A DNA stretch of 64,000 bases from Diplonema japonicum (GCA_964019335.1 OZ025714.1:372001-436000), one strand, 5' to 3'. Positions 1 through 10,757 are shown, counted from the first letter of the stretch. Numbers and translations are program-made. Notes: a model not told the origin generated them from the letters alone.

Positions 1-2306
1 TCCTCATCGAATTGTTGAAGCTCTGCGGTGAGAAGCGGTTTTTCAACATCAAGCATGTTGCCCATGAGGGTGTTGAAGGTAGAGACGATCATGTCAAGCT
101 TCAGGATTTGCATTCTAAACTGGTCCCGCATTTTGTACAAGGTCAAGGCTTGCGGTGGAATGACGAAGGTTTGGTCCTCTTGGGTCTCGGACGCGTTCAT
201 GATCTCCAAGTAGTTGATCTCGCGTAGCATTTTCACGAGCTCGGGGTCGAAGTTAACCTTGACCTGGCCGGAGGTTTCGTCTTTGTTGAGGAGGTTTAGT
301 TTCAGTTTTTCGCTTGATGTTGCGCCGACTTGTCCGGCCCATTTGTCGGCGCAGGCGTGGATGTAGGCTTTGAGGTTGTTGGAAAGCTGCCTTTGAAGAT
401 TCAATGTTTCAATGGCGAGCTCGCTTTGCATCACGGGTTTCGACAGTTCCGTGATGCGCTGGTACGGCTCAGAGATCCTCTCGAACAGGCCCTTGGCGAA
501 GATGAGCTGCGACGATGTCTGCGGCATCCTGTTGTAGACCGTGAGCTTCGACATGGTATCGTCTTTGAAGGTGTGGAAACACTCTTGTACCGACAATAGA
601 TCGTTTTGATAGGCCTTCAGGACGTCGAGCTGCCGCTTCTGCCATTCCTGGTGGATCACTGACCTGTCCAAAAAGCCTTCATACGTGTCGACCAGCTTGA
701 AAGCGTTGTACAAAGCCTGCGCGTCTTCCATCGATTGAGAAAGCATGGAACCAAGCCGCATTTCCATCTTCCGGACATGTGCTCTAAACGCAGAAAAGTC
801 GTGATCGAATCTGGGCTCTTCCACGTTCAACAAGTCGTAACCACCTTCCTCCGGGCTGTGGAATTCTTGGTACACCGCGAGGAATTCCTTGTAGATTTGC
901 ACGATGTTTTGGGAGAGCTCCGCTCCTTGTGTGCCGCCGATCTCAACTTTTTCAAGCCTGTTGAACAACATTGCGGTCTCTAACACATCCAGTAGATCGT
1001 GGCATCGCTCCAGGAAAGCGTCGAGCCGGGAGAAGAGAGTGGTGTTTTGGAACTTCCATGACCGAGGCTTCACTTCTTCCGTCCCGTCGACAGCTTCTCT
1101 TCCGGCTTTGCTTTTGTAGTGAAAATACCATGTTTTGAAATGGCTGCAGACGGTGAGGGTGCCCGAGAGGCGCTTTACAGCTTCGTCGGGCTCGCATTGA
1201 AATAGGTCTTCGATATTTACATTGGCCTTGGCAGAGCTGATCAAATCGTTGCAAACTTCTCTAATGAGAATGACGAGCCTTGTTGGTGTGTTGTAGTGCT
1301 TCGAGTGGGTCCACAGGATGTACACGTAATGGAACAGCTTTTTAAAAATCCCCTGCGATATTAGGTTTTCAAAGCTTTCCGTGTCCTGGGCGTCGGCGAT
1401 GTCGAAGAAGGTTTCTTTCAGCGGTTCGAGGAATCTGTAGTTTTCACGGGCTTCTTCAGCGCTTTTTCTCAGCTCGGCGATCAGTTCGGAAAAGGGTTTG
1501 TGATACGACGACCCGGCTTTGGACAGCATCACGATCACCTTCAAAACCTTCGACGCGTGAAGCTGTTCTTCCAACGACAGCAAGTTGTCACGTTTGTTCC
1601 GCCAAAATTCAAGCTCTTCCTTAGGGCCGGGATGGCCTTCGACAAGCATTGATTCAGGACTTTGTTGCATCGCTGATTTTATTTGCGCTGTCCACGCGAC
1701 AACGACTGATTCAAGCTGGTACAGAAGATCTTTATCACGGGTGGGCTCGTCAACTTTGTCCGGGAAGGATATTGGCGGTAACGGAAGCAATGTCCGGCCA
1801 CCGCAGAGCCCGTTCGTCACCAAAACATGTGCTAGGTAAGTGTGCACGTTTTCCATCAACGCTGGTTGTGCGACCTCGGGTATTTGTTCTATGTTTTTGT
1901 CGATTTTCAGAAGCGGGAGGAACACAGATCTTGAGTACTGGTCCAGAGTGTCCAACGGTCGAACATACAAATCGCCGAAAATTATGGTTTTGTTGATGTT
2001 GCCCAGGTCGACCTTCTGTGTCTTCCCTCCTTCCGCGAGCTTCATGAAATAGAAAACCTTTTTCTTGTAATCATTCGGGAGGTTGCTGTCCGTAGTGATC
2101 ACTGTCATCCCCGTCTTCTGTATCACGAACAGCGCCCTTGTGTCTGCAGTGTCGAAAAATTCTTTAATCGCTTGTGAATTGTCTTCCTGTTCCGTTAATT
2201 TCCGCAAATCCCCAGGCTTCAATTTCATTGCTACCTGCATTCTGTTCTCCAGCCATGAGACTCTCTTGTCTGTCTGCCGCTCATCATCTTTTCCTTCTGC
2301 TCCCAT
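1..2306 (-). CDS. Axonemal dynein heavy chain, outer-arm beta-like (N-terminal part; runs off window start)
   Basis: ATG at 2306 (MGAEGKDDER...); absent from the ORF track, consistent with no stop inside the window. Manual translation gives KKKVFYFMK, GRTLLPLPP and YVYILWTHSKHYNTPTRLVILIREVCNDLI, typical of the DHC_N1 tail of DNAH9/11/17-type chains. Confidence 0.9.
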   Translation of the reverse strand, partial: MGAEGKDDERQTDKRVSWLENRMQVAMKLKPGDLRKLTEQEDNSQAIKEFFDTADTRALFVIQKTGMTVITTDSNLPNDYKKKVFYFMKLAEGGKTQKVDLGNINKTIIFGDLYVRPLDTLDQYSRSVFLPLLKIDKNIEQIPEVAQPALMENVHTYLAHVLVTNGLCGGRTLLPLPPISFPDKVDEPTRDKDLLYQLESVVVAWTAQIKSAMQQSPESMLVEGHPGPKEELEFWRNKRDNLLSLEEQLHASKVLKVIVMLSKAGSSYHKPFSELIAELRKSAEEARENYRFLEPLKETFFDIADAQDTESFENLISQGIFKKLFHYVYILWTHSKHYNTPTRLVILIREVCNDLISSAKANVNIEDLFQCEPDEAVKRLSGTLTVCSHFKTWYFHYKSKAGREAVDGTEEVKPRSWKFQNTTLFSRLDAFLERCHDLLDVLETAMLFNRLEKVEIGGTQGAELSQNIVQIYKEFLAVYQEFHSPEEGGYDLLNVEEPRFDHDFSAFRAHVRKMEMRLGSMLSQSMEDAQALYNAFKLVDTYEGFLDRSVIHQEWQKRQLDVLKAYQNDLLSVQECFHTFKDDTMSKLTVYNRMPQTSSQLIFAKGLFERISEPYQRITELSKPVMQSELAIETLNLQRQLSNNLKAYIHACADKWAGQVGATSSEKLKLNLLNKDETSGQVKVNFDPELVKMLREINYLEIMNASETQEDQTFVIPPQALTLYKMRDQFRMQILKLDMIVSTFNTLMGNMLDVEKPLLTAELQQFDE

Positions 2307-2634
2307 TTCTCAGGAAGGGACACCCTCTCTTTTTTTTTTTCTCTTCTTCTTTTCTTCTCGTTTTCAAAAGGAGGAATATTAAGGGTAAAAAAATTTAAGG
2401 GTGGGGGGGGGGTTAAAATAGTAATCGGATTAAGAGGGGTGTCTTTTTTCTTCTTCTTCTTTTTCTTCTCTGGTTCTTGTCCCTTTCCCCCCCAAAGGGC
2501 CCGAGACCTGTGATATGGTTTTTATTTTTTTATTTCTCCACGATCTGTCGATAAGAACTATGAGGACCAATCATAATACATTTCATAATACGATTCATAA
2601 TGAACAGAACCAGACACCCGAACCGACCAGCCGT

Positions 2635-2700
2635 TCCGAGAACGGCGTGTGCGTTGGTCCCACCAAAGCCGAAGGATGAGCACCCCGCGTATCTTCTCCC
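2635..2700 (-). pseudogene. Isolated fragment of a type I PKS/FAS ketosynthase C-terminal motif
   Basis: Translates GRRYAGCSSFGFGGTNAHAVLG, matching the KS consensus RRAGVSSFGFGGTNAHVVL; no other KS sequence adjacent. Confidence 0.65.
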
Positions 2701-2885
2701 TTCCAACAACAGTAGAGGTGAGCAAACAAGGTCCAATACGCTGAGAGTAACAAAAGGGTAACATTTTTGAATAAAAAAAAAGGGGGTACAGAGTACAAAT
2801 AAAAAAGAAAAAAATGGTCTTAGAGGAGGAGAGATGGTGTAAAACCAAAAAAAAAAAAAAAAAAAAAAAAAAAACTTCCCCCCCA

Positions 2886-4211
2886 TCAAACATCGTACGA
2901 AGGATAGGCGTTCAAAACCGCATCTTTTGAGGTGAAAACCTGGGCTTTTAAGCCGTTTCCCTGGTCAATACCGATCTCAAGAGCCCGAACGGTGCCCTGT
3001 GTTGGTGAGGTGTACTCGTTCCATGTTTTCGTGAGGAGGTCGCGGGAGGAGGATCCAAGGCAAACCGCGAAGATGGCGTCATAACCACCCGCACCTGGGC
3101 ACGCTGCCGCAAGGACGCCGGGAGAACGTAATGTGGCTTCAAGCAAATCTGTTTGTTGCGCGGGTTCGATCTCGGTGTCGGACGCTCTGCCAATCTCACG
3201 AAGGGCCAACCGCGATCGGATCATTGCATCGCGAAGCTTGCAAAAAACACCTTCTTCACCCCATTCGGTGCTCACCTTCGTCTTCAAATTATCAAGAGCA
3301 GCATGGTACCTTTCAGGGTTCTCTTGCGATTCGACAAACATATTTCGCAGCTCAGTATAGACGGCCTCGTTGGCATCTGCAGATGTTTTCCACATCACGT
3401 TACTGTTTTCAACATTGCAGTTCTTCCATTTGAACACGTTTGCCACCATGCCGGGTGTTTCTGAGCCTTTGCTGATGTCGCCGAGGACAAGACACAGATT
3501 GTCGGGAAAGCTCAACGGGACTATGTCATGATCGAACCCCGAAATAACACTATCAAGAGCTTCAAAACGCACAGGACCCGTCGGGTGGAGGTCTGTGATA
3601 TACTTCTGGACAGGGGTAGGGGTGTACCTGATGTACCGGACTGAACCGTACATTGCGGAAGCCACGTCGAAACCCGATCCGATCTTCCCTTGCGCTTTAC
3701 AGTGCGCGATTTGTGCTATAGCGTGTATTGTGGACAGGGAAACATCGCCTGAAAAGTGTTTAAAGACACATGCTACCACCGAGGATACTAGTCCAGCGCT
3801 GCTTCCTAGACCGGTTTTTCCTTTGCCTGGTCCCGCGTTGCCGTAGAACTCGTCGTCCGCTTGGAGGTGGAGGTGGAGGTGTGTTGTGTTGGCTCTTTGT
3901 TTCCATGTGTAGGCTATGCTTAGCAGTAGTGCTGCTTCTACGAACTTGTTCTGGTCCACGTCGCCTTGGATTACAACGCCATCCGGTGTGTCTCTGAGGA
4001 GGTACCGCCATTTTTTCTTGAACTGCGGGGAGTCCACCATTACTTGCAGCGTTTCGTTGTCTGTTTCGGTCTTGGCTTCCGCAACTCCCACGCAGTGAAA
4101 CCTTGCGCTTACCGCCAGGCTTATCCCGATGTTCGGTCTGTCCACGATCAGGTACCCGCCTGAGACCAACACCTTGCCCGGTACAGTGACAGCGATGGCT
4201 TTGTATGCCAT
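2886..4211 (-). CDS. ERG8: Phosphomevalonate kinase (ERG8-type, GHMP family)
   Basis: True start MAYKAIAVTVPGKVLVSGGYL after an A-run; motifs KTGLGSSA, AHCKAQGKIGSGFDVASAMYGS, PGAGGYDAIF. Confidence 0.93.
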   Translation of the reverse strand: MAYKAIAVTVPGKVLVSGGYLIVDRPNIGISLAVSARFHCVGVAEAKTETDNETLQVMVDSPQFKKKWRYLLRDTPDGVVIQGDVDQNKFVEAALLLSIAYTWKQRANTTHLHLHLQADDEFYGNAGPGKGKTGLGSSAGLVSSVVACVFKHFSGDVSLSTIHAIAQIAHCKAQGKIGSGFDVASAMYGSVRYIRYTPTPVQKYITDLHPTGPVRFEALDSVISGFDHDIVPLSFPDNLCLVLGDISKGSETPGMVANVFKWKNCNVENSNVMWKTSADANEAVYTELRNMFVESQENPERYHAALDNLKTKVSTEWGEEGVFCKLRDAMIRSRLALREIGRASDTEIEPAQQTDLLEATLRSPGVLAAACPGAGGYDAIFAVCLGSSSRDLLTKTWNEYTSPTQGTVRALEIGIDQGNGLKAQVFTSKDAVLNAYPSYDV

Positions 4212-4587
4212 TTTTTTTTTCTTTTTCCCCTGAGTAGGTATTTGAATAAGCAGGTGGGAAAAAAAGATTGGGGGAGGAGGGGGGGATTTATGCAGTGCAC
4301 AGCACGCCACCCTTCTTTTTGAGGGGGGGGGAAAGAAAAGACGGAAAAAAAAGAAAGAAGAAATAATGAAACTCTTCTTTTGAGGTATGCAGTTTTTTTT
4401 TTTTTTTTTTTTTTTTTTGTTTTGTTTTTTGCGCTCACCGGCCGAGCTGAGCTTAGTTCCCCGTTGCCAATGAAAAAAGAAAGGAGGATAAAAAAAAAAA
4501 AAAGAAAAAAAAAAAAAAAAAAAAAAAAAAGATACAAAGAATCCCGCGCAACCTGTAAAGGGCACCCAGGGTTCCCCGCAAAAAAAA

Positions 4588-6246
4588 CTACATAATATGA
4601 TTGTTGGAGACCGGTGTGAAGACGGGGCTGGTGTTGTGGGGGTTTATAGGGCAGTCCCGAGAAAGGTGGCTCGCACCGCAAAGACAACACCCCCAGTGAG
4701 ACGGCACTACGGAAGGTGACACCGGCTTGAACTTCAAAAGAAACGCATCAAGAATATCCACCGAATGCCGAGAAAGCCCAGGGTTACCATCAAGCTTAAG
4801 ACACCGAAGCTTAGGAGAGCTCCGCACAAGCGAGTGAAGCAGAGGAACACACGTCTCAGAGACACAATTCTCCGACAAGTCAATTGACACGAACCGACCG
4901 GAACTCGAAACAGTGTTCAGCGAAGAAAGACCCCTTTTGGAAATACCATTACCGGACAGACACAGGGTCGTTATACTCTTATGGTTCTTCAAACCACGCA
5001 ACACACGCGCGATGATTTCATCACCCAAATACAACCCTGACAGGTCAAGTATCTTAAGGCTTCCCGACAGTGCTATCGCTTCAGCGAGAACACCAGGGTT
5101 TTCACGTACTGACGAAGCAGGAAGGTCCTTTAAATGTGTTACATTGTCCACAATGATGTCGGCTAATATGTCACTGTAACTTTTTACTGTCGCGGTCTGC
5201 GTGGCTACATCATCGTTGCCTTTAAGGTCTTGGATGGCGTTCAGTAGGGCTTCCCTGTCGTTGTCATCTGATATAAAGGAAAGGTTCTCAGATGTGAGAG
5301 ATAGAAATATTTTCCCGTTAGCAGATGCGTATCTTGTTGCGAAATCTCGGTGGGATTGTGGCGACACCTTCTGTTGCGAGATCCACTCAAGAACGTCGTA
5401 AGGATCCCAGTCAGCAGGGCGGCGGTTTCGTAGATCAATGAGTTCCGTTTTCCGTCTTCTGTTTGAATTGTAAGGGGCTCTATCTGTTTTCCTGAAATCG
5501 CGTTTCAAATCTTGAAGAGCTTTCGACAGTGTTTCCCGGTCCTTCGGGTCTGCTATGAAATTAAGATCTTCCCCTGAGAGGGATAGACCAATCGCCTCGT
5601 TTTGTGTCGGGTATTTTGAAACGAAATCGTGCGATGCTTCCGGGGAGATTGCTTGCTTAGAGATCCATTCGTGTATGTCAACATTGGGGCAAGGTGGGAG
5701 ATCATCTTCTTCTACATTGTCCTTGAGATTTTGAATTGCTTGGGTGAGGGTGTTGCAATCTTTCGCGTTGTTTATAAACGATAGGTCTGATTGGGTGAGG
5801 GAGAGGATGAATGTCCCGGATGGTGAATCGTACTTTGAAGACAGTGCTTTTTGTGTGTCGGGTGTTATATCTTGTTTTGAGAGCCAGTTGCTGACATCAT
5901 GCGCGTCCCATGTTGTTGGGCAGCGTTGCTGTTCATCTAGTAAGTCGGTTTTGAAGAGTTTCGGGGCTACAGAGGTTCTCCTCCCGCCGTTCCACTTGAC
6001 GATAGTGACGCCTTCGGGTTTCTCCCACACACCCTTTGCCAGCCTGTGGTCCAGTGTGTCGTAGTAGTAGAAGGCCTTGCGGCTTTCGCTCCACTGTGCC
6101 ACCCATCTTTCGCCGGGTCCGCCTTCCTTTCGCACGACGACCGCAGTGTCCGGTATCGCCCACTGGCTCCTCACTTTCTTCCCGCCTAGCTCTGTGTAGT
6201 GGTATGCTTGGTGCTTTTCATTCCAGGTGCCAACGTATTTCACCAT
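4588..6246 (-). CDS. Multidomain protein: 2 WW-like, 3 SAM-like repeats, LRRs, C-terminal CCHC knuckle
   Basis: W...AYHY...SQWAIP and W...AFYYY...VWEKP; three ~70-aa repeats W..DV..W.S.Q...G..(L)SLT..L.FI; LRRs (LKILDLSGLYLGD, LCLSGNGIS, LKLDGNPG); CCLCGASHLSRDCP. Confidence 0.75.
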   Translation of the reverse strand: MVKYVGTWNEKHQAYHYTELGGKKVRSQWAIPDTAVVVRKEGGPGERWVAQWSESRKAFYYYDTLDHRLAKGVWEKPEGVTIVKWNGGRRTSVAPKLFKTDLLDEQQRCPTTWDAHDVSNWLSKQDITPDTQKALSSKYDSPSGTFILSLTQSDLSFINNAKDCNTLTQAIQNLKDNVEEDDLPPCPNVDIHEWISKQAISPEASHDFVSKYPTQNEAIGLSLSGEDLNFIADPKDRETLSKALQDLKRDFRKTDRAPYNSNRRRKTELIDLRNRRPADWDPYDVLEWISQQKVSPQSHRDFATRYASANGKIFLSLTSENLSFISDDNDREALLNAIQDLKGNDDVATQTATVKSYSDILADIIVDNVTHLKDLPASSVRENPGVLAEAIALSGSLKILDLSGLYLGDEIIARVLRGLKNHKSITTLCLSGNGISKRGLSSLNTVSSSGRFVSIDLSENCVSETCVPLLHSLVRSSPKLRCLKLDGNPGLSRHSVDILDAFLLKFKPVSPSVVPSHWGCCLCGASHLSRDCPINPHNTSPVFTPVSNNHIM

Positions 6247-6375
6247 TCCTTTTCTTTTTTTCTTTTGTTTTGTTGAAGGGACGATTTTTGAACAAAAAAA
6301 AATTGGGGGGTAAACTGAAAAACAAAAAATATTACGTTTTTTTTTTTTCCTCTTTCTTTTTTCTTTCTTTCTTTC

Positions 6376-7032
6376 TTACTCGGTTTGCCCGCAAGCAGCT
6401 GCGATGGCGTAGTCTCCACCGTGTGAGATGGTTACTTTAACAGAGGAAATGCCAAGAGAAGAGGCGGCGGAAGCAACGGGGCCTGAAAGCAGGACAGAAG
6501 GGGCTTTGGTGGATGAAGCAATAATCTCCACATCGCGAAGGAGAGACGGGGTTGGGCTTGTGGAGAGCGACGAGAGAACAGCATGTTTTGCAGCAATCCG
6601 GCCGGCGATGCTGGCACGCTTGTCTGGAGCGTGCTCACAGTACGCCGCCTCCGAAGGGGTCAGCAAGATGCAGACTTCATCAAGGTCGGTACTTGTGGTG
6701 GATATCTGTTGTACATAAGTTCCTGTCTTACCCCCTGCGTCACTTACAAGGCTTTCTAGATTTTTTTTTACTTTTTCCATCCCGTCCTCCGGTTTTTTCT
6801 TCTCGCCTTGTTCTTCTCCCTCCACCCTCCCGTAGCACGTGTACTCTCCATACCCGCTGAAAACTTTTTGTTCTTCTTCCTCGTTGTTTCTTGTGTGGCC
6901 TCCTTCGTCTTTTGCGTTTCGTTCCACCTTCCCTCCAGGGACCCTCCTCGCTATCTTTTTGTTCGCTGTTTCATCAATGTAATCTTCACCGCCTAATCCT
7001 TCCAACAAGGCTTGCCGGTATTCATCAGACAT
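6376..7032 (-). CDS. AcpS-like 4'-phosphopantetheinyl transferase domain protein, resembling the fungal FAS alpha C-terminal PPT domain; catalytic acids appear lost
   Basis: TPSEAAYC...SIAGRIAAKHAV...LRDVEII...APSVLLSG...VKVTISHGGDYAIAAA follows the AcpS pattern FTxxEx.YC..FAGRWAAKEA..DIEI..P.V.L.G..V.VSISH..YAVA. Confidence 0.75.
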   Translation of the reverse strand: MSDEYRQALLEGLGGEDYIDETANKKIARRVPGGKVERNAKDEGGHTRNNEEEEQKVFSGYGEYTCYGRVEGEEQGEKKKPEDGMEKVKKNLESLVSDAGGKTGTYVQQISTTSTDLDEVCILLTPSEAAYCEHAPDKRASIAGRIAAKHAVLSSLSTSPTPSLLRDVEIIASSTKAPSVLLSGPVASAASSLGISSVKVTISHGGDYAIAAACGQTE

Positions 7033-8586
7033 TTTGTTTGTTTTTTTTTTTTTTTTTTTTTTTTTTTTGTTCTTTTTGTGTTTGCTTTTCGCCTTTGATT
7101 TTGCTAAAGGGGGGGAAGGGTGAATGGATGGAATAAGAAGAGGGGGGGGGGGGGGGGGAACCCGAACTGAATTGTGGGAGGGAGGGGGGTTTGAGAATAG
7201 GAACGGGAGAAAGAAAAAAAAATAGAAAAAATAGCCATTTTATCCACAACGAATGATGAATTCTTTTTTTGTCACTTTCGAGGGGGGAAAAAAAATTAAA
7301 TGACATTAAAAAAATCCATCGGGTGGAATTAAGCTTTTTTTTTTCTTTTTTTTTTTTTAAATCAAGAATTAGGTCAATTCTCCGAAAACCACTAATTTTT
7401 CTGACCAGTGGGCTACCCGGGAATTTACCTATTTTTTTCTGCAACGCTTTCTTCTCACAGGCATTAGACCAAAATCTTTGGTTTGCTGTGGTGAACGAAA
7501 ACGTAAAATTGAAGAGCAAAATAAAAATAGTAAGGGGTTGTAACCCCCACCTCAACTATTGTTTTGTTTGCTTTGTTATTATTATTTTTTTTTGTTTGTT
7601 TGTTTGTTTTTTTTTTTTTTTTTTTTTTTGTTTTTGTTTCTGTCGTGTCCTCGCAAAAAGAAAAAAGAAAAGAAAAGAAAAAAAAAAGAAGAAGATTTTG
7701 TGAAGTCAAGTGAAAACCCACTCAACAAACTGAAATCGCATGATGCACAAAATTTTCGTGTGTCCCCCGAGTCGCAAGAAAAAGAAAACGCTTTTTTTTT
7801 TTTTTTTTTTTTTCCTTTGCATCTGTGTCCTCCTTTACTGTTTCTCAAGTAAATGTAAAAAAAAAAAAAAATATTTCGATAAAAATCTCAGGGTTGCTTA
7901 GAGAAAAAAAAAGAGAGAGAGAGAAAAAAAAAAAAAAAAAAAAAAAAGGAAAGGTATATTATGCTTCAGTACCCAAGAGTGTTGGTCAATGTTGCTGCTG
8001 GTCCCTCCCGCACCTCTTGGGAAAATATAATGAACCAGCGAACAGCAAGGCCAACCCCAAAAGAAGTACTGTTGGGGGAGAAGAGAAAAAAAAAAAAGTT
8101 GAGTAGAACAGTGAGTGGGTGATAAAGAAAAAGCTTTCAGCTACTGAGGAGGGAGCCAGTATTTCTTTTTTTTTTTAGTATTCCTCCCTACCCCCATCTA
8201 TAAAAAACCCTCCTATCGTGCACTATCACTATTACTTTTTTTCAAAAAAAGAATTCCCCCCCCCCCTCCCCCGTTTCGATAAGTTCCCTAAAAAAAGAAC
8301 GTGGCTTTGAAAGGGACCCTCCTATTTTCCCCTATGGAGAGAAGAAAAAAAAAACCACAAAAAAAAAAGAAAAAAAAAAAGAAAAAAAAAAACAAGAAGC
8401 GATAGACTGAAACAAAAGGGTAGATGAAAACGAGAATGGACACAAAAAAAAAAAAGAAAAGAGGGGACAAAAAAAGGGACAAAAATAAATACGGGACCGG
8501 GGGTGTGTGTGCAATTTTTTTTTTCTTTTTTAATTTTTTTTTTTTGTTTTCTTTCTTTCTTTTCTTTTTTTTATTTTTTTTTTGTT

Positions 8587-8624
<38 letters not shown>

Positions 8625-8628
8625 AACA

Positions 8629-10272
8629 TCACTGAAACAAAGGCGCGCACGCACTGTCCACCAAGGGATGGACAAAAAGGTCGGGCGCGGCAGCGCGGAT
8701 TTCAGGATCCTTCACGAGCGTAGCATCCAAAAAGGACCTCACAGTCGGATGAAGGTCCGGAGGGTAAGGCGGGTGCGGCTCGCTCATCGTCCTGAAAATT
8801 GTAGCGTGCTTGTTCAAGCTGCTATAAGGCCGCCTCCCCGACGCAAGCTCAAGCACAGTAATCCCCAACGACCAAATGTCAGCCGGTGTTCCATAAGGCA
8901 ATTCCTCAATAACCTCAGGGGCAAGGTACCCCGGCGTCCCCACTACAGTACGCCTCACATTATCACCACTACTTTGAATAGAAACCCCGAAATCGCATAA
9001 TTTGATGTAGCCATCGTTACCAATTAGAACATTCGACGTTTTAACATCACGGTGAATGACCCCAATACCATGGAGGCTTACGATACCAGAGACAACATGG
9101 CCTAGAATTCGTTTAATAGTACGCAGGCCAAGGCGTATTCTCCTAGAGGGGACGCTGTTTTGAGTTTCAATGGAAGTATTTGACACCGAAGACAGCGTCA
9201 TTGTGGAACACACACTGCTGCACCGGCTGTCGCCGTAAAGACTGTCGATTGCTGAAAAATTGAAATGTCCATCATCGGTGAAAAATGATGATGTGTTCAA
9301 GGTGGTGGAGGTGATACGGTTGATCACGTCTTGCAAGGAACCAAACTTGCAGTACTCCATTGCAACGGAGAACTCGCTCAGTTTTCTGTTGAACGTGTGC
9401 CCGTAGTACTTCACCACGTACTTGTTTGGCGTGGCGGAGATTCGTTGCCACACCTCCAGCTCCTTCGCCACTGCTTTGTGCCTTTCAACCGTTATTTTCT
9501 TCACGGCAATTGTTTTCGTCTCAGTTTCGCTGTTTAAATACCCAAGGTACACCCTACCATGTGCTCCAAAACCAAGTAACCTGTCGAGATCAACTTCCAA
9601 TCCGGCTTTTCGTAACGGAGCTCTTTCTATAGGTGGGAGGTTGACGGGGGAAGGGAGGGCTTCGCATGAACTGTTTGACCCTGATAGCTCTTTCACATCG
9701 TCGTCGAAGTACGAAGGATGCTGTCGTCTGCGGGCCCAGTTTGTCATTTCGTCTTCCTCACGTTCGTCTTGAGGCGACATGCGGTAGTCCTCTGGTAGCG
9801 GGGGGGCTTTTCTGTTTCTCCTCGTGTAGAATCTGCGGATTTCAGCGTCGAATTTTACCTTGTCGAGAGCTGTTAAGTTGCCTTTTTGGTTTGTGGCGTT
9901 TGCACGTGCGGTGCAATATGCATCCCATCCCTCCAGGGCTTCGATGAGGGTCCTGTATAGCAGTCTGTACCTTGGGCATGAAATGAGAGGTTTCAGACGG
10001 TCGGTTGTGTAGCCCCACTCGGATTCGTCCTCGATGGGTATCTGTCGTCCTTCTCTGTCCAAGCCTGCTGGGAAGGCCTCTTCTAACGTTACCTTTCTGT
10101 ACTTCCAAACCTCTTTTCTCGTTGTTGATAGCGGTGACGTGCTGTCTGGACGCGGGGATTTCGGCGGCTGTGGGGGTTTTGCCTTCACCAGTTCATCGCT
10201 TGCGGACCCTTCCCCGAACGGGAACCTGATGTTCAGGACATGGGCCTGCACGCTCGCTCTTCGCTGCTTCAT
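8629..10272 (-). CDS. Ser/Thr protein kinase, STE group (STE20/STE11-like)
   Basis: GFGAHGRVY, IAVKKI, MEYCKFGSL, HRDVKTSN, DFG, GTPGYLAPE, DIWSLG; Ser/Thr-rich insert in the C-lobe. Confidence 0.9.
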   Translation of the reverse strand: MKQRRASVQAHVLNIRFPFGEGSASDELVKAKPPQPPKSPRPDSTSPLSTTRKEVWKYRKVTLEEAFPAGLDREGRQIPIEDESEWGYTTDRLKPLISCPRYRLLYRTLIEALEGWDAYCTARANATNQKGNLTALDKVKFDAEIRRFYTRRNRKAPPLPEDYRMSPQDEREEDEMTNWARRRQHPSYFDDDVKELSGSNSSCEALPSPVNLPPIERAPLRKAGLEVDLDRLLGFGAHGRVYLGYLNSETETKTIAVKKITVERHKAVAKELEVWQRISATPNKYVVKYYGHTFNRKLSEFSVAMEYCKFGSLQDVINRITSTTLNTSSFFTDDGHFNFSAIDSLYGDSRCSSVCSTMTLSSVSNTSIETQNSVPSRRIRLGLRTIKRILGHVVSGIVSLHGIGVIHRDVKTSNVLIGNDGYIKLCDFGVSIQSSGDNVRRTVVGTPGYLAPEVIEELPYGTPADIWSLGITVLELASGRRPYSSLNKHATIFRTMSEPHPPYPPDLHPTVRSFLDATLVKDPEIRAAAPDLFVHPLVDSACAPLFQ

Positions 10273-10757
10273 GGTTTTTTTTTTTTCTTTTTTTTTTTTC
10301 CTTCTTTCCCCCCCCCCCCTCCCCTCCCCCTTTTGTTTAGATGAATGCCGGGCTTTTTTTTTTTTTTTTTTTTTTTTTTTCCAAAAAAAGAATATTCCGA
10401 AACTACGCGCAATTTAAAAAGAAAAAGGGGTGGAGGGGAAAGACAAAAAAATTTAATTGAAAGGCGGGGGAGGGCAGGGGGGTGCTTTTCTTTCTTTTCT
10501 TCCACATTTACTTTCTTCTCCCTCCCCCTTCAGGGGCAATATTCGAGGGCGCTCTTTCCGTCGGCTTTTTCCCGCCCGAAAAGGGTGTTTCGGTCTCCAA
10601 AAAAAAAAAAAAAAAAAAATAGAAATAATACAGAGGATCTTTCTTCCTTCGCCAAGGGGGGGACAGAAAAAGGAGATAAAATGGCGCAAATAAAAAAACA
10701 CCCCTACCCTGACTATCCAAAGGTCGATCCCCCCCCCCCAAAAAAAGAGGCTACCCA

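Noticed and set aside
4212-4565. N-terminal extension of the PMK ORF (likewise apyrase 55024-55419 and lipase 48865-48948)
   Set aside because: Homopolymer-derived; homology or coding-like sequence starts at the internal ATG.
2635-7032. Intact biosynthetic gene cluster (KS + PMK + PPTase)
   Set aside because: KS is a 22-aa fragment, the PPTase looks inactive and PMK is housekeeping; proximity alone is insufficient.
7025-8650. Many poly-Phe/poly-Lys ORFs here and in other spacers
   Set aside because: Translation of A/T homopolymer runs; no coding signal.
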